A stretch of 64,000 bases of DNA from Paraphysomonas bandaiensis (lineage: Eukaryota > Protista > Chrysophyceae), in contig CBFFRP010000283.1 in NCBI GenBank assembly GCA_965644295.1, positions 17,799 to 81,798 on the forward strand. Direction: 5' to 3'. The notes below the pieces were generated by a model. The model did no database searches, was not told the DNA's origin, and saw only the letters and a list, made by a program, of their open reading frames with translations. The position numbers and the translations under genes are program-made. Positions 41,206 to 55,913 of this stretch are shown here, piece by piece (position 1 is the stretch's first letter; each line of letters begins with the position of its first letter).

Positions 41206-42648
41206 TGAACGATGAACATACGCGTCAGTGTATCTCACATATTAGGGTAGTTGATACGTCAATATATGTGATAGTTATCAAATAATCTATTTGTCATGAC
41301 TGTATTTGACCTACTTCATTGTAATATTCTGTAATAGCACGTTCGTAATAAGTGTAAGTTTTACTTAGATTATTGAATTGAAAACTCAGTACACAACCTA
41401 TTTTGAAGGTGCTGTACGTTAAGTAAAGCTACTCCCTCATTCATCGCCGTCTGTATTGTTATCTTGTAAGGGTATTCTAAAAACTTTGTCACCACCGGTA
41501 TTTATACTATTTGAAATGTGCATACACACAGGCTAAGTTGTCAATTCGATTTCTGCTTCACTACCATTAGACTCCAGATACATACGATCACACAATACGA
41601 AAAATATTCAGTAAAGTAATTGCAATTTTAGTATTTTTCTGCTTATATTTGTGACCAGAAGTACAGAGTAGTAGATCTAAAACTTGCAAGGTTAACTGGG
41701 GCTAGATATCTGTACATTTTAGATATTCTCATCGAATCATGCATGCTTATCTTGTAACTAACCGGTACAAGTTCACACAAATTTCCGATTTATATTACTG
41801 TGAGTCTAAAAAAAGCATATGTTACTTGAAAGACATCGGAACTGAATATATATTGGAAGTATTCTCCACTCGATCAAACTGCCCACAACTGCGTCAGGAA
41901 GTACCTGCATCGACGTTAGCTTCGATAGCAATGAAAACACGAGTGTATCAAGTAATAGACTCCGTCTTGTGTAGAGACAACTGTGAAAGTTGTTATATCG
42001 CGGAAAAGTAACGGCTATTCTACATACTCATCACCAGTAAACTACACGAAATACACGAATATATATCAATGAAAATCAAATTAATCTACATTTATGGAAT
42101 GAGGGATTGCAATAAAATTTAGTAACAATCAGTTCTGGAAACCTCAACATCTAGATATCCATTAGTTATATATCTACTAGATATGCAGCATATCTATGCA
42201 GATACTTTCATGATGCATATGATCACACTGTTTTCAGTGTACAGCAAGTCATACAGCAGTGTATACATTGTAGTCTACAGCAGCCCTACAAGGTGTACTG
42301 ACTACGACTACACCCCCTACACCCCACAGCAGTTGATGTCGAGCGTTTGCACTGAAGTGTGGAGCGAAGTGGAAGGAATGCATGGATTACTTCCTGAATC
42401 AAGAATGCAGTCAGTGAATTCATTATGCATACCTTACGATGCTGAAGTAGAGACCCCCCTCTATAGAGCTCCATAGTAACAGCACTATACATACATTACC
42501 ACACATATACTTTTATCAACACATACCTCAAACCAACCACTCCACCCTCCTGATAAGAACACATTGTTTATCCCCTACAGTTTACTGACTATCTGCGCTA
42601 ATATGCCGAAACAAGTAAGCGATTAGAAGCGAGTATTGGGGTACGGAG

Positions 42649-45600
42649 ATGTCTAGTCACGCCATTGATTATTTCGCTACTCTGGGAAAGCTTCCGGGCA
42701 AGCTGGTGTGCAAGTCTCTGCCATCGGCGACGTGTGAATCATCGGTTTCGCCATCTGAGATTTGGTTGGATGCAATAACTGATATAACTGTGATATTTTT
42801 TGGTATGTATATATATGAGTATGTATGTATATTATTTATGATTGTATGAACTCAATCTATGTATGCATACAGATAGCGAAACATCAATACCCGATCAGTC
42901 GACGCTCTTATCCACAAGTGATGGCAAAAAGTGGGAACTCATTAAATATACTGTTGATGGCCTCCTGGCAAATTGCAACGCCGGAGACCCATCGCGTGGT
43001 GTGGCCCTTCTCGCTGTGCAACGACGGCGTCAATCGAAACGTCGTGATCATATTTGTGAGGTTGTACAGCAATGTCTTGTATTATTTATAATTGTGCATA
43101 TTATACAGATTACTGTCTTACACAAAGGCGATTCTGTGCCTGAAGGTTTCGAGCCATTGAACAAGTCCATGTCATGCGAACGCATTGTTGACCTGTATCC
43201 ACATGCAAGCAGTCGCCTCGCAGTTCGCCGAGCAAGTGAAGGGGACTCGGCACTAATCAATGGATATCCTATTGTTGACGATATAGTTCTGGCTGATATT
43301 ACTGAGGGTGAGGAGGCACCAAGGGAATATGTACTTGTAGACAAGCCGCTCAATCCGAAGGTCCCTGGGACAGGGTCACAGCAACCACACAAAGTGGTAG
43401 TCAGCTATCACCGACGGTCTCCCCTTGGTGTGTGTGACATGCGGTTCGAGGCGTGTACGTTAGATCGATATCCTAGTGAGGACCACGATGGGCTGGCTCT
43501 TCCTGTGGTCGAACTCCCGATGTTTGTTTTCCCTCATGATCTGCAACTGAAGTGTAGCCTAAAACACGATTTCCCTCTTCCAGACTTCTTCACATTTGTA
43601 TTCACAGATGTAAAAGGGCAGCACCTCTATACGACGTGCCTCAGATTCTATGAACTGCTGGAAAAAGAGGACGTTGAGCTTGCACTTTCTGAAGTAGTTG
43701 GCGCAGAGTGGAGCCTCCGAAGCGAGAAAGATGTGGAGTTTTTTGCACCTAAGGTGATATGCGTAGTGTCGCAGTTTCCATTCTACAGGTATTGTCCCAT
43801 GTTGGATCACGTATGTATATGTGAACAGTCTGCAGGGCTATGGAACGGTATCTGAAGCAGCTATATTCTCTTTCTCTATCTCCTTCTAACTGCCCTCTTG
43901 AGCACTTTATTGCTTCAGTGGTGGGACAGGTCCCTCTTCCTGTCCCCGGTGGGCGTCCATTCCACGTAGTTCTAGATGCCGCACTAATCTCCCAGTCATC
44001 TCGAGCTATGGCTCCTATCTGCTTTGATCTCCCTTTTCGGTACTTCTTTCCTCCAATGGACCTTGACTTTGCGGGGCCTATGCGGTGCTTGTCTATTGAT
44101 CACCTGTTGGCTACCTTTTGTCTTCTGTTGATGGAATCAAAAGTTACATTTGTATGTTCATCCAATGCTCTACTCACAGAGGTCATGGAGACATTCCGCT
44201 CTCTATTATTTCCACTTACCTGGTCTTCTTGTTTTATTACACGGTTGCCCGATGCTCTCTCAGGTGTGTTGCAGGCACCCGGTGGATTCATGATAGGCAT
44301 GCACATTACCGGTAATTGCTTCACTCCCACGTCTGTAACTTATTTAAATCACACTACCCCGCGAGAAGGGGGCCCTAGTGCAATGAATAGTGCATGGATG
44401 CATTCCCTACAACCTGGAACTTATATTGTGGATCTCACTGAGAACAGGGTCAGGTACTTTGATGGGGTTCGGGCGGAAGTATTGCCACCATCGAAGGTGC
44501 AGCAGTTTGTTAGGATGCTCCCCAGCGGTCCAGGCCGCAGACTTCGCTCTAAGATACAGGCGATCTCGCAACAATACCTTTTATGCCCCCAGAAATTCGA
44601 CAAATTCGGTCTTGCAGAGTTTGATAGTGCGTTCGAATGCAAATCGTTCGAGGAGGATTTGCTGCCTCTCGGAAGAAAATGGTCTGAATTTCCTAGTTTG
44701 TGGGTCAGAGATGCGTTTCTTACGTTCATGTGTGATCTCATCGGGGACGTTACCAAGTACATACGGCCACCCATTCCGATTACATCAGGAAGCTGTTTTA
44801 ATCGAACCTTTGGGGAGCTATTTATGATTGAGGTAAGAAGCGTTGTGAACAACTTTTGCAACTGACGGATATGCAGGAATATATCCGTGATTCTGATAAA
44901 TCTGCGAAGCGCCTGTTGAGGTCGATGATGGACACCCAGATGTTTGCGTACATGGTACAAGGGCGCACAGAGGATCCCACATATGCCCTTGTATTTTTTG
45001 ATCAAGCTGTGCATGCTCTGAAGAACCTTGGTCTGAGTGCATTACCCGCTGACCGACGTGTACCGTTATCAGTCGCTTCCTACCCCGATCTCGAATCAGT
45101 CGTCTCGGCGGGGTGTGAAAATGATGGTGACTTACCGCTGTATGAACTCGTGGAAAGACTCGCTTTACTTTCAGCTTCTTTCTCGGTAACTTCGATCAGT
45201 CCTACAATGAAATTGAATGATAATTCTACGCAATATTGGAAGAGCGTCGTGATACATCCATTACCCAGTGTCAGTACAAGGAGTTGTATAGATACTTCTG
45301 GATTCCGTACTCTTGATATGGCTGCAAAGAGCATAGAAAGTAGGAAAGAACTGTGGAGTCACGTTGAGTTACAATTGGATGACAAAACTAAGGGCGCGTT
45401 AATTATACCTGGCCCTCTGAGGTATGAGGTTGTAGATGAAATTGACGAAGTTAGATTCAGGTATGAATCCGGTTGGCCGCATCTTGATGCGACTCTGTTG
45501 GGTGGGGTTAAAGAGAATACGGTAAAGACGGGCCTGCACGACCTGAAGCAACTAAGAGCAAAGTCTATTGAACAAGTTGATTCGCGCTGTCTTCTCTTTT

Positions 45601-48600
45601 TACGGCCTCCGACTTCGCGTCTTAGCTATAAAGTCAACGGATGTCTGGTCCGCGCAGTAAACATGAACATGTACGCGGAGGCCAAGGCTGCCACCGGAAT
45701 GGTGATAGATGTCTTCAGTAATTCACTTTTGATGCTAGCCCTGCGTGCTAGCCGGAAGGTGAATTCTGTTGGAACTGTGCTGCAAATCTTTGGCATACTC
45801 TCTCATTTGCATTCTATAAATATGCTGCCCCTTGTGGAAAGCACTTTGTGGAGGGCGCTTCTTGTGGCGTGCAATAGTATAGAAGAACTCGAATTTGGCC
45901 ACAAGGCAACATGTATTATATATAGCACAATGAGATCCGCTGGCGTCAATCCTGATGCATTTTCGTATTGTACATACTGTAAGAACTTTTCGAGGACAGC
46001 AAAAAAACAGTCTATAACTGCAGAGCGAAATATCTACTGGGACCCCTATTTTCATTTAGAGCAGATCGGACTGAGTTGGTACTCTCAGAAGTCTATTCCT
46101 TACGATGAAGATATTGAAACAAGAACAAACACTCCAGTGTGCAGCACTCCCTCGACTCCAATACGTACCTCCGGGGCAAGTAGTGTTCACCTCACTCCTC
46201 CACAATCGGTGTCTCCCAGCCCTCCAAGCCCTGTCCCAGGTTCCCTTTGGGGACTGCTTCGGGGGAAAAAGAAAACTCCAGTGGAGGTAGTGGGGCCCCA
46301 TACGCGGCGGATGTCGGCTCAAGCGTTAACTGTAAGTGTGGACCATGCGAAAGTGCTGGGTCTATGCCGCAGCTATTCACCGTTTATGATGTGTATACCC
46401 AGTGGATGTGAGTCCCTTTCAACGACTTTAGTGGTACTTGAACGAGCAAACGATGCGGATGAGACATGGGGGCCGGTAATGTTCTCAGACAACAGGATCT
46501 CAGAGAGGGTAGGCGAATTACGACAAATATTCAACCAATTTAGTTCCAATGAAGATAATGTGAATGCGATGACGATACAACAAGGGGCAAACAAAGCACA
46601 CTGTCCAATGGATGTTGACACTACTCCCATTAAAGGTTGCAATGTAATGTGTTCTTGGCATATCACTCATATTATGTACAGGGAAGCTGGAGGTGGCGGC
46701 AATAGCTATAAATGGTCTTACGAGCCCTGAAGATGATGAAGGTGTTGTTTATACCCGTAATATTTATGTCCGGATGTGGTTGTCATCGAATGAATCTCTT
46801 TTTCTTAAGACTCAACCTGGTATCAAGATTATCTCGGATGATTGCTGTGGCAACCTTCAACATTTCCATGACGATGAGTATGTTACGTTTTACTCCACTA
46901 TGACCAGTGATATTACGCTCAATGTCGAGGCGTTTGGTGATTTTTCCAGGGAAAAGGAGGGGGTTTGCTTTGCATTCGACCAGTCTCTAGGTTCAGGCCG
47001 GTTGAGCGTTGATGGAAATCTGATAGAGTCGAAGAGGCGGTGGGTCACTGTGAAAGACTCGAGCGGTCGCGAGTTGAAACTACTTTTATCAATAAAGCTG
47101 TCCGATTACTACGAACACGACAGAGTAAGAAGACTGACCACAGGCGGAAGTCAGGAAATAAAGCCCCTTAAGTCCACAACCATTGAGGTTGACACCCCCT
47201 GCAAATCTCAATCTAGCGAAGTGTTTAATGACTCGACTGAATGCCCAGAAGACTCCAAATCCGGTTGGAATTGGAATAAACTCAGCTTTGGCCTTTACAA
47301 GCCGAGAAAAAGTTCATCAATGTCAATGGGAAGCTCTCGATCAACCACTCCACCACTTCGACGTGACGTAATAGGGCTCAATAATCAGAGGGATGATGTA
47401 CAAGTCTCTTCGTTGCAGTTCCAAGAGTTTTCCGACAGTGATGACGAGGCCACCAACTCTAACACCACGGCATCGTGCTCACCGGTGCTCTCTCCTCAAC
47501 AGGTCGACTCCTCGTTATCTGTCCTAACATTGACATCAGAGTCAATGTCGCCTAAATCGTGCACTGCTACTCAACAAAATGAGGCTGTATCGATACCAAA
47601 CTCTTTGTCCGATGATGCTATAGGAGATTCAGAAAAACGTACCGTTAAAGCTACCACTCGGCAGAGAACAAGCCACGAGAACATGCAAGCAGAGGTTTCG
47701 AATATGGATAGTAGTCGAGTATCGTCTCCACTGTCCACTGGTAGTTGGAGTCCCGACAAGAGAATATCGTTCAAAGGTTTCATATCAGCCACTCGAAATA
47801 GCATAAGCAGTAGACTGGAGGTTATATTACCTACGTCGGAGGTACCGCCAATAGAGTCCACAGATTGTGAAGTCAACGAGCACAGAGACACTGGCAACGG
47901 TACTGACAATGCAGTCCATATGACAGCGGCGACAACAGCTTATGCTGATAGTACCCGAAAATGTGGTACCAATGATAGACGTGTGCCATATGACTGTGGG
48001 ATTGAGGTTAGAGAACACATTTGTGTTGAAAAAGAAAACTCTTTCATCACCGACAGATCTTCGACTGACGAAGTTAGCAGTCAGAATGTTGCTGCAATAT
48101 CGGGTTCATGCCAAGAACCTTCGGACATCGAGAATCATCTTTATCCTTCATCTGCATCTGCTACCTGGACAAAGAGTTCAGACAAGGACAAGGGGAGAGA
48201 TGGCTGGGCAGGAGAGGGGATAACTGTCAATAAACAGATTGGTGTGGCGTGCATTGACTCAGAGAAGCGATATTCGAATCGCTCTTTAGAAATCCAATCC
48301 CGGCTCCGAGGAGAGACTGGTCTTGGCATATTTTCTGCCTCCCCCTGCAAGTGCTGTGGTTTTGTTTTCTTGGACGATGAGGTTATGGCATCATGGGCGG
48401 GATTTACTGAGGCAAGACGCGATATGATAGATGATATTCTCTCTGCACATAAAATAACCTGTCCGGAGTGCGGTGGAGATATTGTTCCTGTGCTTCATGT
48501 GCGACAATATAGATTTACCCCCGCGGTATCGAACCCCGGGTGCTTGCCGGAGGAAATTTTGGAGTCTGAAGAAGTGATATGGGGAAATGTGGTCCAACAC

Positions 48601-49363
48601 ATTAGTCCCTTTGGACTTCGGTTTATGATAGAGCACATTGTGGAAGAAAATGGGCTGGTAATCTCCGATGCACAGTGGCTATTTGAGAATGCTCCTACCA
48701 TCTACTGGAACATTATCTGGTACTCCTCCAGGTTCCACCTTCCAAGTGGTCTGTTTATGCTACGAAGTGATATCAGTGATAATGACTCAAGTGTCGCGGA
48801 GTCTTTTCCATGGACAGGTCCAGTAACCGTGGGCTGGCGAGAGTGCACCGTTGTGTCTAGGATTAGGCGTTTACTAAGGGGGTCGGAATGTAATATACCA
48901 CTGAATGCAGCTGAAATTTTTCCTGGGGCCTCTTTGGAGGATCTCGAGACCGCCGCTGAGATTGTTTCCAATATTGATGATTCGCCCTCCAGTCTTGCGA
49001 AAGGCCTTACCCGAATATCGTCGCTATCGTCTATTGTAAATTCTTTTTCTGGCCCTTTAGCTAGACAATTATATTTAAGTTATTTGTTTTTAATTCACCA
49101 GTTTAATTCAGAGCTGATTCAGTTCTCAACAGAACTTCCTTCGGGATTGTCCAAGGTTTGTACAGGCTGGCATTTTTGCATATGATCTATATGACGTTGC
49201 CACTCAGGGATCTGTTTTTGACAAGGCATTCATTGAGGCGATATCTATAGCACTCTCCACCAATGATTTCAAGAAATTGTCAGTTACTGATGTCGATTTG
49301 AATAGAGCGTCGTCTAATCGAGCCGCACAGGCAATTAGAATTGCGTATGGACTTTTGCTATAA
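42649..49363 (+). CDS. DENND4/CRAG-like Rab GEF (MABP, uDENN-DENN-dDENN, PPR-like, C-terminal Cys-rich domain; multi-exon)
   Basis: LDRYP..LPMFVFP..FTFVFTD..YTTCLRFYE, PKVICVVSQFPFY, LLFPLTWS and DTQMFAYMV. C-terminal CKCCG..DDEVMASW..CPECG..ISPFGLR..PTIYWNIIWY. Confidence 0.85.
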
Positions 49364-49938
49364 GGATTGATCTTTATTAAAAAAATCAACCTGCTAACCA
49401 TCGCGGTCGGGTATATATACACACCGCATGTGTGCTTTCGAAATATATTCTAGTTTTTGGTAAATACTGTGTTTTAGTTTTTGGTAATTTTGCTTTGCGA
49501 TTGCATGAGTATGTAGAAACTGTCATCCTGTGGAAAATATAGAGTAAAACTAGAAGATAGATGAGTAATCAAAGAGATTATGATGCATTTACATATAGGA
49601 GATAGCCCATTTCTTGTTAGATAGAACAGTTCATGGCTCATAAAAACGTCTTCAACAGCTACACGGTAATACGCATTACTCGATTAAATAAGATGGCATC
49701 AATAATATGTTGTAGGTAAAATCAAGCTAAATATTCAGATCAGGAAGTTCATATGAGCATGATTGATCAAGATGCAGTGTGTTCGTACTCAGAATGCAAT
49801 TAGAATTACTGGAACAAGAAGAAAGACTTCAAGATTGCTCGAATCATAAGGAAGTGGACTACTCAAGAGGGAAGAGGAGAGGAATAATAGGTGAACTGAG
49901 GGTGAAAAAGGGCCGCTTATGAGTAGTGGCTGAGATGG

Positions 49939-51966
49939 GACAAACCTGAACCTCAAGATGCACATACCCTGACCAACATTATACGCACATTAGGTCTCGA
50001 TGATGTCAACCCTGATACGTACCAAGCAATCTTCACAGATGGATCATACACGCCCGGAGCTCTTTCCCACGCCGCCTTACGCATTTACACCCGCGCACAA
50101 GATGGACACATCTCGAAGGAGCGGCGGCTGTCTGGCTCCCCCCGGAGGATGCCTGGGAGAACGGCACCACTAAAATCCTGCGTCTAGAGACACCCTTTCG
50201 AGACGTTCCTTGACTTAACCCGTACGCGTACGAACTCATGGGAGCTGCTATATGGCACTTATACTCTCTGCGTGACTCCCTGCGCACATACCGATCAACA
50301 CAGACTGTAAAGCCGTATGCATCCGCACTGACGAGGCACTTTCCACCAGACGTCGGGCCCTACGACATCGCGCCAAGGGTGTACTGCTTGAAAGCATTGC
50401 GGCAAATAGAGCTTGTAAAAGCGGAATGTAGACTGGGTCCGATCACACCCCGAACGACGCACCATGGATGAATCTGAATGGACATATGCAGACAGAGGCA
50501 TCTACATTGCAGACGCCGTAGCCGGGAAGGACTGGCTTGAAGTTTACCGACTACTGGGCCGACAAAATTACACACTGTCTGTGATATCGAAGTAGACCAA
50601 CAAGCCATTGAGCGAATACTTACGACGGGTTTATGGCACTGGCGCCTATCCGGGGAACGACGGCCGCATCATACGAGTCCCCTGCTCACTGACTTCCAAA
50701 CCCTACGCAACCAACGGACGCTGGAGACCTACACTGCACTTCGAGATCAACGTTATATGGCCACAATCCCGACAGGGCGCCTGGATACTGGACAGACAGA
50801 TAGCACTACTTCCGCGCAAACTGGCACAAGCAGATGGTGATCCATCCAAGGATAAAGATAGTTCCCACCCTGCCTACGCCAGAGAGTACTCAATGCAGCA
50901 TTGGCATGGGACAAATCTTTTAGCATAGGGAGAGACTGGGCTAAAACCAAACAAGGTCTTGACCTGGCCAAGGCCGCATGTTCTGACTGTGGCTTTTGAC
51001 TAGACTCACTCAAACACATGTGTCTAGACTGCACAAATGACACCATCACCCAGATAAATACAAGAGACTGCCTTTCAAAGACACAAAAACGCGCTCCAAG
51101 TGATACTGAGAGATCAGGATCTACCCCACAGGACCACCAATGCGCTAGAGGCTCTCCAGTAGGGCCTGGAGCCCCTCCATCCCGCAGGTGGAGAGATACT
51201 GGACAGGTACCATCACCACAGCTCAACTCGAGATGGTTTTTGGAGATCACATCCATGAGTCCCTGACACCTCAAAGTCTGCGCAACCTTGAGGTAGCGGT
51301 CATCAGTCTGCTTCTCCCGCTTTTAGCTACAGCAAAGCTCATGATCCAAGATCGCAGTCGCCGCTATATATTACCCTACACAAAGGACCTCCTAGGCTAC
51401 TCCCGCGACCGCGTCAGAAACGTAGTCCGTCATGGAAGCGCCCAAGGGTGCTACGATTACTAGGAGTCCGTAGACGACCCGAGACTGGACCACCGCACAC
51501 ACGAACCCCACCAATCATATATACCCACAGGAACATATCACCGCCCCTCAAGAAACCCTCAGGTCCTCGACTACGACGCCGTCTCCGGCAACTTTACCTG
51601 TGCCCGAGGCCCAAACGGTGCACTGCGACAGTGACACATTCCAACTCTCAATCCACCTCTCAGCCCACACACCTAGCACTCGTCGGTATACTCAGGACCT
51701 TACTACAGAACCCTGCACCTCCACAAAAAGCCCAGTGGAGTCTCATCCCAAGGGGAGACCCCCTGATCACACGCGCCAGTGAGTCCTCACAATCAACATT
51801 AAGAACGGAAGTGGTCGCGCCAACAAGCAGCTTCTGTAGCGCTAAATAGTAGGATAATAGAGTTTGTACTGATTAGTTATGGGTAGAGGTCTAAATAGTC
51901 TGTCTAGCATTCAACTAGCCACTACATTGGTGCAGATTTTTAACGCCTATAATAAGACTATCAATA
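49939..51966 (+). mobile_element. Decayed 5'-truncated copy of the RT-RNase H LINE (RNase H to 3' end)
   Basis: PEPQDAHTLTNIIRTL..YQAIFTDGSYT, YAYELMGAA and LKHMCLDCTNDTITQI match the 4393-7620 ORF, with many stops and frameshifts. It ends in TTTTAACGCCTAT..AGACTATCAATA like the 4161 end. Confidence 0.9.
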
Positions 51967-53216
51967 TACGAGAGGATGATACAGCTGTAATCAGAAACTC
52001 TTAATGTGTGTCTACACAGTAAATTTGGGATTACAGGTAGCCTTCTGTAGCCACTTATCCAGATCGTTCTTAAAGCTCACAGAAGGCTGCATAAGTCTTT
52101 GTTCCAGTCCTATATGATTTAGATTTGTGCGTGTATTAGCCATATCTTGTTACAACATTTAAAACTGACATGCCTAAGATAGTTTAAAATATTAACTGAA
52201 CGATAATCAATTATTTGAAATTGTGATAATCATTTCTCGTCATTAATAGTCATTCGGTATTACACTGATGTTGTCACTTTTGCCAACCAATATTTTACAA
52301 TGATAGACACGATCTTGCACAATCAAAGTATTATTTTATGTTTCTCAGTATTATTCAAACAGCGGTTATAAAATCCGTAAAACACAGCTTTCAATTGATT
52401 ACAAAAGAGTAACACTCAGCATTATCTAAAAATGGACCTTAAATGTGATATCCCTTAAACCCAAAACTATACTTTATGCTGTTTGGTGTCACAGTGTTCA
52501 AGAATAACGTGTACAGAAACCTTAATATGCTAGCCACATTTAGAAAATCTGTTCTTAAACAGTGTGCAATCATGTTTACTGCATGTTTGATACAAAAAAT
52601 TAGACCCTCGGGTTTAATAGTTGATGCTACAGTAGTAATAACAAGTAGCACAAACGAACCTGTTATCATCCTCCTAATGATTGATGAATGGATATGATAG
52701 TGATATTATTACTGTCACTACCATCTTTGAAAAAAAACTATAACCGCAATGAGTAGTGTATGCAGAATCAAATCATTCAGAGCAAAAGATTTTAAGTATT
52801 GACTGACTAGATTAACACTAAATAAAATGTTATGGGCAATAAATAATAAATTGCAATGTATTGGCGCAGTAGTTTCAATTAATAATATTACAATACTTTT
52901 ATATTCATCCCCATAGGCAATCCGCAATAACAAAATTGTGTTACCTATGACTGAAAGTTATAAATCTGGCACAAATGCTGTACATAGTGCATAAATTTAA
53001 ATTATAACGTACATTTTCGAATCGTGCAGAATTGACGTAGGTTTAAAATTTAAAACTTAATAATAAAGTATAGCAATGAAAGCAAGTTCCTTATGTATTA
53101 CAAAATCTACGCTAGTATATGCTAGCTAAGCATATCAGAATACACATGGGAATATATTTAACTAAAGGAGTATGCCAATAAAGCAAGTGACTATATTGCA
53201 TGCTCCCACCGGCGCT

Positions 53217-54003
53217 TTATCTCTTGACCCACTGCTTCCTCTTGCGCGCCTTCTTGAATCCAGCCTTCTTTCTTTCAACCATTCTGGAGTCCCGAGTCAA
53301 TAATTTATCTACAAGTATACCACACAATTATTTTACTTAAGAAAAGCTCGAAAGGCACTTACGGCGCTTCAAGATAGGTTTAAAAAGCGGCTCAAATGCC
53401 TCAATGGCACGGGCTATACCATGTCTAACCGCCCCAGCTTGTCCTAATAGAAATTACTCTAAGCTAATAATTATTACCTTACTTACCCATACGGCCTCCT
53501 CCCTTTACTGTGCACCAGACATCGAAAAGCCCGGCGGTGTCGGTCGCCATAAATGGTTCCAGAGCATGCATGCGTGCACCAGATTGGAAATACTCTGCAA
53601 AATTTTGACGATTGACAATAAATTGCCCCACACCCTGCTTAATCCATACTCTTGCAACAGCTGTCTTTCGTCTTCCTGTCCCATACGCAGCACCATATTT
53701 ATCAATACTTTTGGCTCTAAATATTGTTGGATGCGGACGATCATCAATAAAATCCAATGGAGGCTCTTCACTGCCTTCGAGACCATTCTCAGAAAATTCT
53801 GATTTATGATTATTATACCCTATCTCACTATTGATTTTCGAGCTAACTGGTGTGGCGATACGTGTGTCTGTGTTACTACTACAGCAGCGGATGAGACTGC
53901 TCGACACATTTCTCTGAGAGCTCTGAAATAACATGTTATGAATATTACTGAGAGGGTTAGTGGAACGCACAAGGCGTGCACACGCTAGCCCGAAGCGCTT
54001 CAT
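53217..54003 (-). CDS. MRPS9: Mitochondrial ribosomal protein uS9 (2 introns)
   Basis: Arg/Ser-rich presequence, YGTGRRKTAVARV, VKGGG..QAGAVRHGIARA and LLTRDSRMVERKKAGFKKARKRKQWVKR*. Confidence 0.92.
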
Positions 54004-54067
54004 CGCAGCAGGTGAAATAGACGTAGTGCTCAATAGTTATCAGATTACAACAAACCCCACCCACATA

Positions 54068-54375
54068 TACATACATACATACATACATACATACATACAT
54101 ACATACATACATACATACATACATACATACATACATACATACGTACATACATACATACATACATACATACATACATACATGCATACATACATACATACAT
54201 ACATACATACATACATACATACATACATACATACATACATACATACATACATACATACATACATACATGCATACATACATACATGCATACATACATACAT
54301 ACATACATACATACATGCATACATACATGCATACATACATTCATACATACATACATACATACATACATACATACA
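54068..54375. repeat. (TACA)n microsatellite with TGCA/TACG variants
   Basis: Directly visible. Confidence 0.99.
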
Positions 54376-54569
54376 ATACGGATGGGCACAGTCGGTTTGT
54401 TCCAATAGTCGTACTGCGGCAGTTTTCTATTAACGTCTGCATGTATGTCTGCTCTGTATGAGTGTTTATAGCTACTCATATATAACACTCCTCTTCATAC
54501 CAGCACGACCCTATCTCATAACATGTATTATCCTCTTCATTAGTTATATTATCAGTCATATCTGTACCA

Positions 54570-55913
54570 ATGGAAGCGAAGAATACACTCCCTGCTATCC
54601 CAAGTGCACAACAACCAGAGGAAGTAGAAGACGACGACGAGGACTTGTTTAATTCATCTGATGAATCAAGCGATGACGAAGATGGAAATAGAAAAACAAA
54701 TCTTCAAAGTGTGAATAGTTATTTACGAAAGAAAAAGAAGAACTTTCTTAAGATGTTTATCGATTATGGACCGCCTTATACAAAAATGGAAACTGGTATC
54801 ACTTTATTGGATGAATGTGCACTGCCAGAGCCATCTTTATTTGAGATTCATTCAATGTTGAATGCTAGAATTACTCCTAATTTCCAGGACCCTGAAGACT
54901 ACTATAATTCTGCAATGCATTGGTGCGCGAGACATGCTCATTTGCGAGCTATGAAACTTTTGAAACGAGCAAAAGTTGAAATGAACCCACAAAATGAGTT
55001 CGGCCAGACTCCATTGCATATATTATGCATGATGGTTTTCCCGGAAGACAAGAGGAAGCGCCAAATGAAGACATTTAACTGGATGTTATCTCAGGGCAGT
55101 AATATAAATATTCGCGATAAAGGCGGCTATTGCCCGATAGATTATGCCGCAATGAATGGCCATGAGCTTATGGTGGAAATATTACTTGAGCGCGGAGCTG
55201 AGGTGCTACGTGACAATCACACTTTTGTTGCCACTCGTCAGCAGCTTTTACATGTCACAGTGGGAGAGAATGCGAAACGAATGATTCAAGACCGCATTCG
55301 TAATGTGGTCGCTGAAAAGGAAGCTGAGGTAGAGCGTAAACGCATAGAGAAAGCAATTGCAGAAGAAGCTGCGAATCTTAAAAAACGACATGCTCGTTTG
55401 GCACGTAAGAGACAAGAGGCGATAGAAGCCAAAGCGATCGCTGACGAGCGCGAGTTCCAGGAAAAAAAGGAAGCAGAGAAGAAAAAGAAGCTCGAAGAGG
55501 ACGCACGGTTGCTGCGACAAGAGCGAACTGCGAGCAATAAGCGTTTAGGGGGATGGAAAAAGAAGGGATATAATGGTAGGTGGGAATATCAGAACAGAGA
55601 AGGGCCTGTTGACAAGAAAGCTGAGAGGGACGAGTTGTATCATAGTAATCGGAGATTGATGAAAACACTTCGTGATAAGAATAAATTCGAAGTATACAAC
55701 GACCGATGGAAACGCACAACAGGAGGAAGTGAGTTAGAAGTTGTCTGGACGAAGCAAGCAGTGTTTGACATACCTGATTTGGATTCAGATGATGAGAAGA
55801 GCGACACAGTTCAGAAGAGAAAGCCTAAGGTCATTGACAGTCTGGCCTATCATGATGAAAATGATGCCGAGCTAGAAGGGGAAGACATAGATGATTTACT
55901 AGAATTCACTTAA
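54570..55913 (+). CDS. Ankyrin-repeat plus coiled-coil protein
   Basis: NSAMHWCARHAH, GQTPLHIL and GYCPIDYAAMNGH..LLERGA, followed by an E/K/R-rich helix. Intronless 447-aa ORF. Confidence 0.8.
   Translation: MEAKNTLPAIPSAQQPEEVEDDDEDLFNSSDESSDDEDGNRKTNLQSVNSYLRKKKKNFLKMFIDYGPPYTKMETGITLLDECALPEPSLFEIHSMLNARITPNFQDPEDYYNSAMHWCARHAHLRAMKLLKRAKVEMNPQNEFGQTPLHILCMMVFPEDKRKRQMKTFNWMLSQGSNINIRDKGGYCPIDYAAMNGHELMVEILLERGAEVLRDNHTFVATRQQLLHVTVGENAKRMIQDRIRNVVAEKEAEVERKRIEKAIAEEAANLKKRHARLARKRQEAIEAKAIADEREFQEKKEAEKKKKLEEDARLLRQERTASNKRLGGWKKKGYNGRWEYQNREGPVDKKAERDELYHSNRRLMKTLRDKNKFEVYNDRWKRTTGGSELEVVWTKQAVFDIPDLDSDDEKSDTVQKRKPKVIDSLAYHDENDAELEGEDIDDLLEFT

Noticed and set aside
52100-53150. AT-rich interval, possibly another decayed DNA transposon (FCIKHAVNM resembles a CxxH motif)
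   Set aside because: Single weak motif; no TIRs or TSD found by eye.
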